64,000 nt of DNA, from contig CBFDEM010000054.1 in assembly GCA_965603825.1 (NCBI GenBank), positions 620,001 to 684,000 of the forward strand, read 5' to 3'. Position numbers and translations under genes: made by a program. This document shows positions 24,682-35,808 of this stretch, piece after piece (positions within the stretch are counted from its first letter, which is position 1; the number at the start of each line of letters is the position of its first letter). Below the pieces are notes generated by a model. It made no database searches. It was not told where the DNA came from and was given only the letters and a program-made list of their open reading frames with translations. The DNA is from Blepharisma stoltei ATCC 30299 (lineage: Eukaryota > Protista > Ciliophora).

Positions 24682-26124
24682 TTAAAAGTTAATAGTTTTA
24701 CTAAAAGTTGCTAAACATGCCTCTTTGATAGCTTCTGAAAACCCAGGATGTCCATGGCAAGTTCTTGCTATATCTTCTGCAGCTGCTCCATACTCTATTC
24801 CAACAACTCCTTCCATAATAATCTCTCCTGCATCAGGCCCTATAATATGTAGTCCTAACAGCTGATTAGTTTCTTTATGTGCCAAAGCCTTAACAAACCC
24901 TTCCATCTCTTGATTAGCCCTCGCTCTTGAGTTTGCTATAAACGGAAAAGTGCCTTTATTATAAGGGACATTGCTTGCTTTTAATTCTTCTTCAGTTTTT
25001 CCTACTTGAGCGACTTCAGGATGAGTATATACAACGCCAGGAATTGCATCATAATTTATATGCCCACCTTGGCCAGCTATATGTTCAGCCACAAAAACCC
25101 CTTCTTCTTCAGCTTTGTGAGCAAGCATTGGTCCTCTTATAGTATCTCCAATAGCATAGATGTGGGCATGTCTCAAAGTTTGTAAATGATCATTTACATT
25201 TACTCGCCCTTGTTTATCTCTTGATACATCAATGAAGTCTAAATGCAAGCCTTGAGTATAAGGCTTTCTTCCAACCGCTACAAGTACATAATCACAGTCT
25301 ATACTGTCTGGGACATTTTTAGAGTCTGGTGAAGCTGGCTCAATTTTGACATGGACTGAATCATCTTTGGCTTCTCCACCTACAACTTTTGCTCCTAAAT
25401 GGAATTTTATGCCTTGCTTTACTAAGATTTTTTGTAAACTTTGAGCGACTTCTAAGTCAAGCGCTGGGGCAAGTCTATTTAAATATTCCACAACAATTAC
25501 TTCAGTGCCAAGCCTGCTATAAACACTTCCGAGTTCAAGCCCAATAACCCCAGCTCCAATTACAACCATACGTTTAGGTATTTCTTTCAGCGCCATCGCG
25601 CCAGTGTTTGAAAGCACTCTTTTTTCATCTATAGGCAAGATCCCTCCAGGGACTTGGCTTGGTTCAGATCCTGTAGCAATCAGAATATTTTTGGCTCTAA
25701 TAGGGTTTGCATTATCAATAGTCAAAGTATTAGGGTCTTGGAAAGCTCCTGCCCCTTTCAGGTAAGTGACCGAATTTTTCTTAAAAAGAGCTTCAATTCC
25801 TCGTGTTAATCCGGACACTGCTTGTTCTTTGCTTTTCATCATTTGGCCAAAATCTACTTTTAAGCTATCAAATAAAATTCCATGGTCTTTAAAGTGTTTT
25901 TGGGCTTCATAGTATTTATGAGAAGAATTTAATAAAGCTTTTGCAGGGATGCAGCCTACATTAAGACAAGTTCCTCCTAAAGTTCCTCGTTTTTCGATAC
26001 ATGCTGTTTTGAGGCCGAGCTGGGCTGCTTTTATTGCTGCGACATAGCCGCCAGGGCCACCTCCAACAACAGCTAAATCATAATCAAAGCTTGCAAACGC
26101 ACGCTTAGCTAGCCTACCAAGCAT
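24682..26124 (-). CDS. DLD: Dihydrolipoamide dehydrogenase (E3), mitochondrial
   Basis: GGGPGGYVAAIKAAQLG, GGTCLNVGCIP, MLAHKAEEEG, HPGFSEA. Confidence 0.97.
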   Translation of the reverse strand: MLGRLAKRAFASFDYDLAVVGGGPGGYVAAIKAAQLGLKTACIEKRGTLGGTCLNVGCIPAKALLNSSHKYYEAQKHFKDHGILFDSLKVDFGQMMKSKEQAVSGLTRGIEALFKKNSVTYLKGAGAFQDPNTLTIDNANPIRAKNILIATGSEPSQVPGGILPIDEKRVLSNTGAMALKEIPKRMVVIGAGVIGLELGSVYSRLGTEVIVVEYLNRLAPALDLEVAQSLQKILVKQGIKFHLGAKVVGGEAKDDSVHVKIEPASPDSKNVPDSIDCDYVLVAVGRKPYTQGLHLDFIDVSRDKQGRVNVNDHLQTLRHAHIYAIGDTIRGPMLAHKAEEEGVFVAEHIAGQGGHINYDAIPGVVYTHPEVAQVGKTEEELKASNVPYNKGTFPFIANSRARANQEMEGFVKALAHKETNQLLGLHIIGPDAGEIIMEGVVGIEYGAAAEDIARTCHGHPGFSEAIKEACLATFSKTINF

Positions 26125-26293
26125 ATTAATAAAATGTATTTAGTACAAATTTGCATAAGAAATTAAGTTTTATGATTATTGTTTTAAGAGTTTACTCTAA
26201 TAAATTAAAACATCCCTTACATAATCGTATAAGTATTCTTAAGATAAAAAAAATATAAAAACTTAGGCTTAATTCATAAAATAAATATTAGTT

Positions 26294-26881
26294 TTACATC
26301 CAGCAGAACTTGTCTCGAACTCTTTGTGCTCTAATATTTAGCAAATCTTCTTGTGATAAAGGCTGATTTGATTCAACGTTGTCTGTTTTATAGGTCCAAG
26401 GTCCGCGTTTTACCCTTATTTCGTAATTTGCATTTGAGTCTTCAGTTTTTTGTTTTTTTTTAGGCTTTGATTCTTCATATTCCTTTCGAGGATCTACTTT
26501 AATAGGAGGTTTTTGGATAAAAAATTCTATATTTGATTCTTGGCTTAAAGGCTCATTCAGGCAAGCTGATTTATCACTTAAAACTAGTATAACTTTTCTT
26601 CTTTCTTCTGAATTAGCAGTTCTTACAATAATTTCGTCGTTTTGCTCAATTTCTTCTGTAAATAATGTTCCCGTCCCATGTACTGTAGTCCCTGAAATTA
26701 AAATTTTTCCTGTTCCTTGTTTGATTTCTTGTTGGACTTCATATGGTTCCAATGATACATTTTCTGGGATTTCTTTTTGTTTTTTCTGCTTCCTTTTTTG
26801 TTTTTGCAACTTTTTAAGCTGCTTAAATACCTCATTTTTCGCTTTGGCTAATTTTAAAGCAGGTCGTAAATTGGATGACAT
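26294..26881 (-). CDS. Hypothetical lysine-rich protein with a small beta-strand domain
   Basis: 195-aa ATG-TAA ORF between AT-rich spacers; GTGKILISGTTVHGTGTLF; ends RVRDKFCWM. Confidence 0.75.
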   Translation of the reverse strand: MSSNLRPALKLAKAKNEVFKQLKKLQKQKRKQKKQKEIPENVSLEPYEVQQEIKQGTGKILISGTTVHGTGTLFTEEIEQNDEIIVRTANSEERRKVILVLSDKSACLNEPLSQESNIEFFIQKPPIKVDPRKEYEESKPKKKQKTEDSNANYEIRVKRGPWTYKTDNVESNQPLSQEDLLNIRAQRVRDKFCWM

Positions 26882-27191
26882 TTATAAAAATTATGCAAGC
26901 TATTATAAATGTCACTTTGATTTATAATCTCAATTAAAAATACAAATAAAAACTAATTTCTATATTGCAATAACTGCTGTAAATATAATGCATTAGTTAA
27001 AAGTTTACCTTTAAAAGCTAAATTTATTCTAGTTTATAATTATCAAAGAATATTGGTATAATCCAAGGAGATATTTAATGCAGAACTTTTATAAAGAATA
27101 TATATATATGCAAATTTCTCATTTTATTGTGGCAACTTTTTCCCATTTCTCAATTAAACTAAATGGAAGAATAAAATAGACACCAAAAGGG

Positions 27192-28439
27192 ATGAACAAT
27201 TTTTCCAACGAAAACGAAGAATTCAAAGATATCAATCCTCTTACAGAGGCTCCTCTGTCAAATATCCCTCATAAAGAATCATTAAATATTATGGATGAAG
27301 GCTTAGATCCATCTTCTTCATATGAGGAAGAAACAATAGTTATCTCTGTAATAAACCCAGTAATTAAAGAAGAAAGGCTCGGCAGTCACGTTAATTATAC
27401 GATAATGGGCCAAGACTCTAAAGGCACTTTCGAAGCTTGCAGGCGCTATAAAGATTTCAAAGCACTCCGAGACTCACTTATAGATAGATGGCCTGGGTGC
27501 TTTATTCCTCAAATTCCTCCAAAACAAGCTATTGTATATTTTATATAGGGAAATTTAGATCCTCAATTTATTGAGCAAAGGAGAAAACTATTGGAATATT
27601 TTTTAACAAAATCAAGCTCATATAGCTATATTTTTCGATCTCCAGAATTTAATTTGTTTATTAGAAGTGAAGGACAATTCAGAAAAAACCTCCAAGAAGT
27701 AAAAAAATTAAATTATACAGAAATAGCTCAAAATTTCAAAGAAGAGTTTCCCAATTATATCACTTATCAAATATCTGAAGATTTAAACAACAAAATTGAA
27801 GCTTCTCTTCTGGCATTTCAATCAGGTATTGCAGCACTCAATAAGTTTGAAGAAATCTGTAAGGAAAACGTGATTAATTTCGCTGCATTTGAAATTGAGC
27901 TACTGAGATTAATGAAAGGAATCCAAGCAATTAATATTTTCTATAAAGAAAATTTTGAATCTCGAGAAGTCAATGTTTTACTGAGGGATTCCTATACAAA
28001 TCCTTACCAAATCCTGCTTGACTGGATAAGAAAAGAAGTCCTTGACCTTGAAGCTATGATAGACCTTGTCGCAAAGCAGGTGGAATATAACAAAATCAAA
28101 GGAAAATACGAAGACAAGCTTGACGAAAGCAAATTAGACCTAGAAAAAATGCATCAAGGAAAGAAGCTGCTATCCCAAAGGCTATCAAGAAAACCCAAAG
28201 AGCATCATTTATCAAAAATTGAAGGAAATATTGATAATTTAGAAAATGACATAAAAAGCTTAAACCTGATATGCAAAATTATCACTGCCAGAATCATTGA
28301 AGAAGAGATCCCGAAATTCAGAGAACATAAGCAGGAAAAATATGAAATGATTATGAGGGCTTTTACAAACTCCGCAATCCAAGAATTTGAGAATCTTATA
28401 AACCAAAATAAAGTGATAGAAAATAGTTTAAATTATTAA
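27192..28439 (+). CDS. Sorting nexin (PX domain + BAR-like coiled coil; one 15-nt intron)
   Basis: RRYKDFKALR..WPGCFIPQIPPK | GNLDPQFIEQRRKLLEYFL after splicing 27534-27548. Confidence 0.9.
27534..27548 (+). other. 15-nt spliceosomal intron
   Basis: GTATATTTTATATAG; removes an in-frame TAG and restores the PX motif. Confidence 0.92.
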
Positions 28440-28493
28440 AAATTACACTTAATAGTTCATGAGTTTTGCCATATTTAATTATTGGTTATAAAA

Positions 28494-29045
28494 ATGTCAA
28501 AGAAAGCGAAATACGTGTCTGAGAGCTCCACAAAGGACGCTAAAAGAGGAGGCTCAAGAGGAAAATCCCCAGGCAGAGGAAAAGCTGAAGTTCCAGACAC
28601 TTCAAACTTGACCCAGGATGAGATAAATGAAATCAAAGAAGCGTTTGACCTTTTTGATTCTGATAATTCTGGCACCATCGATCCTAAAGAAATTAACGCT
28701 GCTCTTGCCTCTCTTGGACAAGACAAAACCCCAACTATCTTCAGACTTTTGGCAGGAATCGAAGAATTAGGAGCCTCCATTACTTTTGAAGACTTTTTAG
28801 GACACATCAGTGAAAGGCTAGGCCATAGAAACACAAGAGATGGAATTAAAAGAATTTTCGATTTATTTGACGCTGATGGATCAGAGACTATTAATGTGAA
28901 AAATCTTGCAAGAGTCGCAAGGGAGCTCGGAGAAAGCATGACTGAAGAAGAATTACAAGAAGCACTTGCAAAGGTCTCCGCTGATAAACAAGCAATGACC
29001 TTTGATGACTTCTATGTAGTCATGACCAAGAAAATCTATGGCTAA
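28494..29045 (+). CDS. Centrin-family EF-hand protein
   Basis: EIKEAFDLFDSDNSGTIDPKE; IFDLFDADGSETINVKNLARVARELGESMTEEELQE. Confidence 0.92.
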   Translation: MSKKAKYVSESSTKDAKRGGSRGKSPGRGKAEVPDTSNLTQDEINEIKEAFDLFDSDNSGTIDPKEINAALASLGQDKTPTIFRLLAGIEELGASITFEDFLGHISERLGHRNTRDGIKRIFDLFDADGSETINVKNLARVARELGESMTEEELQEALAKVSADKQAMTFDDFYVVMTKKIYG

Positions 29046-29218
29046 CTTAAAAAAAATTAAAATATTTCTTATAATTACATTAAAATATCGCAATATGCAA
29101 GGTCAAAATAAAAAACTATAAAACTTAAAATTACTGATTTTAAAAGTATGATGATTTTTCAATGTTCATGATAATAGATTCTCATATATTAAATAATTTA
29201 TAAGCAAATACGCATTAG

Positions 29219-31936
29219 ATGGGCTGCAGCTGCGTTAAATCAGATATGGGCAGAACTTCCGGGTATATAGTTCCAGAAAATCAATTTTTAGAAATAAATA
29301 AAAAGATTTTCAGTAAAGAATCGACTGATTTTCATTATCCTGGCACTAATGATAAAAGATCAACAGCTTTTAAGCAAAGACATCAAAAACCTATCATAGA
29401 TTTAAGGAGAATGCTCTATGCAAATAGCGAGGCAAGCTCTGCAATTGTTAATGATAAAGAAAAAACCAAAGAAGACATCAAGCTGATATTAGATGTCATA
29501 AACAAGCATTCTATTCTGCAAAATCTTGATGAAGATAGCCAAATGGTCTTAGTCAAGAATATGAGATTTTACGAAATAGGGCCAAGAGAGTGCATTTTTG
29601 AACAAGGACAGCCAGGGTTCTGCTTTTATGTCCTTTCTTCTGGAAGGGTAGAACTACGTGTCGACAATGAGCGCAAAGATATTTTAAAATCAGGCTCTGG
29701 GTTCGGAGAATTGGCGCTATTAGACGACAGACCTAGGTCTGCTACTGTTCGCACAATAGAGAGCTGTTGCTTGTGAGGAGTTTCTAGAGAAACCTTCAAA
29801 GACGCAGTTAAGAAAATCATGGCTTTGAACTATGAAGAAAATAAAAATTTCATAGAAAGTGTTCCTATTTTTAAAACATTTACAAACAGCCAAAAAGATG
29901 CATTACTCTCTTCTCTTGTAACTCAAAGATTCTCAATTGGCGAGCGCATTGTAAAACAAGGTGACACTGGAGACTTATTTTACATAATCAAAGATGGGCT
30001 TGTATCTTGTACAGAAAATGATAGAGAAATTAGGCAGATGGGAAAAGGGGAGTATTTTGGAGAGCTCGCACTGCTTAATGATTTTAAAAGAACAGCTACA
30101 ATTACAGCTGTAGGAGATGTAAAATTAGTGTCTATTGGGCGAAAAGCCCTAATTGAAGTCCTTGGCAATAATCTCGAACAAATTTGGTACAGAAACGCCC
30201 TCAGAATTTCTGTAGAAAAAAGTTCTGCTTTAAAAATCCTTTCAATAGACCAAAAAGAGCTGATTTTTAACCTAATGAAAGTTACCTCCTACAAAGCAGG
30301 CGAGCTTGTAATACCAAGAGGAACTCCTAAAGGCCGAAACCTTTGGATTACAACTAAAGGCCTTATACGTGGCCCATTAGGGACAATAGAAGCTTATTCC
30401 TGCATCGGCGACGAAGAATTACTAGCAGATCCATACGAAAATTATTCTGTTGATTTTATATCAGAAAGTGACTTAATTGTGGCGCATATCACCAAAGAAG
30501 AAATAGAAAAAAGCATGGAAGGGACTCTAATAGAAATCCAAGCAATGAATGAGATTATAGAGATACTAAAAAGTGTCCAGCTGCTAAAAGAATTATCAAT
30601 AGAAAGATTTAAACTACTAATTAGTGTGCTTAGAGAAGTCCATTATACAGACAACCAAATCATTGTAGAACAAAACAGCTTGGGAGATTCATTTTTTATT
30701 GTAAAATCAGGAAAAGTTCACGTGCAAAAGGATGGGGTTAATATTAGAAATATTACAAAGCACGATTATTTTGGGGAGAGATCAGTACTTTTTAATGATT
30801 TTAAGAGAAGTGCAACAGTTGTGGCGAATGGAGAAGTGGACTGCTGAATAGTGGAAAAGAAAGATTTTTTAAATATTATTGATGAAGGAATCAAGGTCCA
30901 GCTATTAAAAAGAATTGAGCTGCAAGATGATATGATAACTTTTGATGAAATTTTGCCGATAAAAACCCTTGGGAGAGGGAATTTCGGCACAGTGTATTTA
31001 ACTGCACATAAGCGCAAAAAAGCATTTTATGCTTTGAAATCTGTTTTAAAAGCAAAAGTTTATGAATATGAAACATATCAAAATATCTTATTAGAAAGAA
31101 ACATTTTGCTACAATTAGATCATAATATGATCGTCAAGCTAGTAAAAACTTTTAAAGATGACTCAAGATTTTATTTCCTTATGGAATATGTGCATGGGCA
31201 AGATTTATTTGACGTCTTATTAGCATTAAACATTCTGAGCGAAAATGATGCCAAATTTTATGCTGGGTGCTTAGTATTAATGCTTCAATACCTCCATGAA
31301 CGAGACATAATCTATCGTGACCTTAAGCCAGAAAATGTTATGATAGATGAAGAAGGATACCCTAAACTAATAGACTTTGGCGCAGCCAAAGTCCTTCATG
31401 GCCGATCTTATACAACAGTAGGCACTCCTCATTATATGGCTCCAGAAGTATTTTTAGGTGCAGGTTACTCCATGCAAGCTGACCTTTGAAGCTTAGGAGT
31501 CATGATCTACGAATTTCTATACGGAAAGCTCCCATTCGGCGAAAATCTTGACGATCCCCATGAAATTTATGAGAAAATTCTCGAATACAGACTTTGCTTC
31601 CCAAGAGATCTTGACTCTGCTGCTTACTCGAAAAATCTAATCCAGCAGCTTTTGAACAAAAATCCAGCTTTAAGAATGGGAGGAGTTACCAGCAAGCTAA
31701 AAGAGCACAAATGATTTTTAGGTCTCCCATGAGTAATTTTTATATAGGAACGCATAATAACCAAGCAGCAAAGAGCTCCACATATCCCAAAGCTTCGGTC
31801 TTTGTCTTCAGAGTTGGCAAATGCGAAAAAAAGGAATAAAACAATGCAGGAATTTATTGCATTTGAAGAACAGAACGAAAATTTCCCAAGAAGCCCAGAA
31901 AATGAGCCTCCTGGAGGATGGGATATGGAGTTTTAG
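29219..31936 (+). CDS. PKG: cGMP-dependent protein kinase (alveolate-type PKG with multiple cNMP-binding domains; one 15-nt intron)
   Basis: N-terminal MGCSC; GFGELALL..PRSAT, YFGELALL..RTAT, YFGERSV..RSAT; kinase motifs GRGNFG, YRDLKPEN, GTPHYMAPE, DL(W=TGA)S; ends WDMEF-TAG. Confidence 0.93.
31733..31747 (+). other. 15-nt spliceosomal intron
   Basis: GTAATTTTTATATAG; removes an in-frame TAG and gives LP(W)ERIITKQQRAPHIP (AGC kinase tail). Confidence 0.9.
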
Positions 31937-32070
31937 AATATACATATTTTTTGTAGTTATAGCGAATTAAAACTGATATTTATTGGATGTTGGAGCCATA
32001 TTTATTATGAATAAGTCTAATTTTGATAAGTAGTTATGAGCCACCCTTGACCAGGGTGAGCTATTTACAT

Positions 32071-32457
32071 TTAAAGCGCTGCCATTGAATTTTCATCAAC
32101 GGCTGGATCGCTATCAATTTTAAAGCAAGCCATGCTTATTTCGTCCTCAGTGCTGCTTCTGGATGGGACTTCTTGTTTCACAAATCGGCCGCAGACTCTT
32201 ACGCGCTTGTCAGCAGATTCTTTGCGGCTTTGATACCTGACCTTTTTGTCATAGACTCTGGAGTGTTTCTTATCAAGGTAACGCTTTACCTTGCTTGCCC
32301 TTTCTGATTTGGTTAAGCTTCCAAGATAGGTGTTATCAGGGTTCATTATAAACTGAGAAGCAGGGACGAGAAGAAAATGAGTGACTGGTTTGATTGCTAT
32401 TGGCATCACGATTTCAGGATCATAGCTTGATTCACTTGAAAAACCTGGGCTTTCCAT
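32071..32457 (-). CDS. CCT-domain protein (CONSTANS/CO-like/TOC1 motif)
   Basis: ERASKVKRYLDKKHSRVYDKKVRYQSRKESADKRVRVCGRFVK. Confidence 0.9.
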   Translation of the reverse strand: MESPGFSSESSYDPEIVMPIAIKPVTHFLLVPASQFIMNPDNTYLGSLTKSERASKVKRYLDKKHSRVYDKKVRYQSRKESADKRVRVCGRFVKQEVPSRSSTEDEISMACFKIDSDPAVDENSMAAL

Positions 32458-32892
32458 ATTTTATTAATATAACCCAAGGTTCAGAGCGCTAAATCCATAT
32501 TTAGAGAAGTGGAAGGGAGTGTGGTAAAGATTGATCGGAATTAATAGAAAATTTGAGGCAAAGAAAAAAATTTTTAGTAAAAGAGGCTTATGTGAAGACC
32601 TCTACTGAAAGATAATTTGTATTGTATAACTAATATATTTTTATTGGTTCAATCAAAATCAGAATTAAACTGCAAGTACCGGATATTAATTTTTGAAGGA
32701 AAATTAAAAATTACTAAAAATTTGCTAAAGCTCTATTTTTTGAACTTATTCTATGTGTGGCAAAGCACGGAAACAGAAAATTTTATACACCATTCTTAAT
32801 TTTATAATTAAAATTTAAAAATGACTTACATACTCATATTTTAATAATCAAGCAAATAAGTTTTGCTCTAAATTTTATTTAATTAATCAATT

Positions 32893-34062
32893 TTAATTGA
32901 CAGGATTCTCATTTTGTAGTAGAGGATGTTCGACCTCGCCATCAATTTTTGGGCCTTGGTTTCTTTTATTTTTGATATAATTCATAGCTGCTGATGATAA
33001 ATTTTTTGTTTTGCTTTCTATTCCTATGAAAAAGTTATTTGCAGCATTTCTCACTTTTTGAGCTTTAGGATTCAAATAATTATAAGAACTTTTAGCCTCT
33101 TCAGTAAGATGATTAGTAGTATTTTTGGCTATATTTTCAACATATTGAACATGAGGATGCTGTGAAAATTTTTTGACTTCTTCATTAATTTTATTAGCAG
33201 CTTTTGTTCCCTGCTCATCAAGCTTTTTCATAGTAGGATTGGTGCTCACAAAATTATTAAACTTATCAAAAACTTTATCTCCAAATTGAACTGAGTTTGT
33301 ATATTTAGCTTTAATTCATGATTTCCATCCTTTTGGCCTCTCTTCATTTTCTATTGGAGGAACTTGGACATTTCCTATATTTTCAGCTAGAGGAGGTTGT
33401 ATAGGAATTTCTGAATACTCCTGGGGAGCTAGCATTTCAGTATTAGGAGAATATGATGGACTATTCTCATTTATAAGTTGAATTCCAAGCTCAACTGATG
33501 GAAAGTCAACATCATATTGCAAATTTTCTGATAGAGCATCTAGCATTGCTCTATAGTATTCTGCAGCTTTTGTTTTATATTTTAAAGCAAAAATCGGTGT
33601 TTCTCTCGATATTTTGTAATTTAATAGAAAGTGATGAAACGCTGAGTTTCCGCCAGCTGACATAAGCTTCAACTACTTAAGAGTTCAAGGTTCAGATTTC
33701 CATGATTTGATATTATAGTCTTTTGCATAATTTGCAAAAGAGGCTTTTTTGCGTTTATTCAAACTCTATGGAAATATAATATCATATGCAGAGCCTGCAT
33801 ATTTGCTTTATTCTATATGTGGAATTTTTATTCAATAAGTGGAGTTCGAATCTACTTTTGGGCATCTCTTTGCAAAATAAGTCAAAGAGTATACTAACTG
33901 ATCAACAATTAGGTGATTTCCAGCACATTGGGAGCATAAAAATATTCCATGGTTTGTAGAAGCATAATCTGCATTTGGAGATCCACAGTCAAAACAATAA
34001 AGATTTTCTGAGTCTTGTTGAAGCTTTTGGAAAACTTCAGAGGTTATTTCAGGTGATTCCAT
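32893..34062 (-). pseudogene. ArfGAP gene interrupted by a 174-bp IES-like insert and an in-frame TAG
   Basis: CFDC-x16-CSQC zinc finger. After removing the insert: GNHLIVDQLVYNIKSWKSEP(W)TLK*LKLMSAGGN..KYKTKAAEYYR; TAG at 33673-33675. Confidence 0.78.
33716..33891. mobile_element. TA-bounded IES/MITE-like insert with ~28-bp imperfect terminal inverted repeats (174 bp excisable)
   Basis: Left end TAGTCTTTTGCATAATTTGCAAAAGAGG; right end, reverse-complemented, TACTCTTTGACTTATTTTGCAAAGAGA. Excision restores frame and ArfGAP motif spacing. Confidence 0.82.
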
Positions 34063-34371
34063 ATTTAATTTAAGTATAAGATTTTCTGACATTTAAGATA
34101 CTAATAAAATATACCTTATAGTTATTAAGAGGTTTCATATATGAATTTATACTAATTTTAAGTTTTATTGTTTATAAGCATAAAGATAAAAATTATATTA
34201 TCATTTTTTGGAGCTATTTTAACAATTTTCAATCCTAAAAACTCTATTTTTATGTCATGTGACTATAAAGATTTCTTAAAATTTACAAAAACTGCTAAGT
34301 TTTATGTTGATATGTGAGCAGCTACTGTAATATCATCGATAAAAATAATCTTATTAAATATTTACATATAA

Positions 34372-35779
34372 ATGGAAGAACTCAATAAACTTGAGGCTAA
34401 TATAAAAGAAAATTTGCAAGATATTGATCAAGTTTCCAAATTAACAGAAGTCTTACAAACAGGTGACTACAAATTCCAAGCAAAAGTTGGCCTTTGCATA
34501 GGCCGAGTCCTTGAAGAATATTGGAAAGCTGAAATTTTGCAAGATGAAAGGCTCGTCGGCCTATCAAATTTACTTTGAAAACTTTATGAGGAAGGCAGCA
34601 AAGCAATCTTATCATTTCTTTTAAAATCAGAAGATGATGAAGTAAAAGCGAAATGGGCCTTAAAATTTCTCTCATACATAAAAATTGAGCTTCTCCACAA
34701 AAAAAATCCCAATATCAGAGAACCAGAATTTTTCTAAGCTTATCAGAAGTCTTTTAGAGCACCAATTCTTTAATATTTTACGTTATATCATGAAAGAATA
34801 TCAAGATATAGCCACAGAATCAGCTAAAGTAATCTCATCCCTCGTAAAAGATGAAGAGTTCGACCTAAACATCATTTATGAATTTTTAAGCCAAATCCCT
34901 TCTCCAAGCAAACTCAAAGAAAATGTTTTTTACCCAGAACTGGCACCCCCATCATTAGCCAGCAAAAAAAGAAAAAGAAAAGAAAATTTTGACCCAGAGC
35001 TGGCTGGACAAAGGATTCTTGTAGATAGTGACTCCTGGGCAATCAGATATAAACAATCTATAGGCCAAATATGAAAAGAGCTCACTGATCTTAGCCTAGA
35101 AGCGGCAGATATAAAGTTTTTACTGAAAGCTTTATGCAAATATGGGCTGCCGAATGTGTCAGATCCACTGATGTTTTCAGATTTTTATTTAAAATCTTTT
35201 GATAATGGTGGAAATACTGCAGTTTTAGCACTAAGTGGCTTGTTTATACTGATGACAAAGCATGGGCTTGAAGCTAAACAATACTATATGAAGCTTTACC
35301 AGCTAATTCGTACACAGTTACAAAAAGGAAAAACTCTTTCCAAAAGCTTTTTGAAGCTTTTAGAGCTCTCTTTAAGCTCTCCTATGCTCCCATCAAGCTT
35401 GATAGGGTCTTTTATCAAAGTCTTATTAAAAGAGTCCTTACTTTCTCCAGTAAGCACAACTTTGTGGGCTGTAGCTTTTACAGTAAAAAGCTTTAAAATC
35501 CACTCAGGACTTTTACCAATGATAAACAATAATCACAAAGAAGACAAATTCAATTATGAAGAATTAAACCCTTTATACACAAAATCAATAGAAAGCTCCC
35601 TCTGGGAATTAATGATACTGAAAAAGCACTACCATCCCAAAATCAGAGAACTCGTCACAGAGTTTGAAAAACCAGTAGAAAAAATGGCCAGAGTGACTAC
35701 AGCTGAAGTAATGAACTTAGAAGTCCCTCAGAAAAGACCAAAACTAAACCCAAAGCCATTTAAAGGTATTTTTAACTAA
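34372..35779 (+). CDS. NOC4: Nucleolar complex protein 4 (CBF/Mak21 domain), with one +1 frame discontinuity at ~34699-34737
   Basis: SDPLMFSDFY..AVLALSGLFILMTKHGLE..YYMKLYQL..LSSPMLP..SFIK..ESSLWEL..KHYHP. The N-terminal frame stops at TAA 34735; the downstream part is in the +1 frame. Confidence 0.8.
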
Positions 35780-35808
35780 TATTCGTTATAAATATTTTTA
35801 ATCAATAA

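Noticed and set aside
28475-28939. 154-aa minus-strand ORF and similar antisense ORFs (e.g. 7619, 10794, 12232, 38240)
   Set aside because: Shadow frames opposite well-supported genes, with no recognisable motifs.
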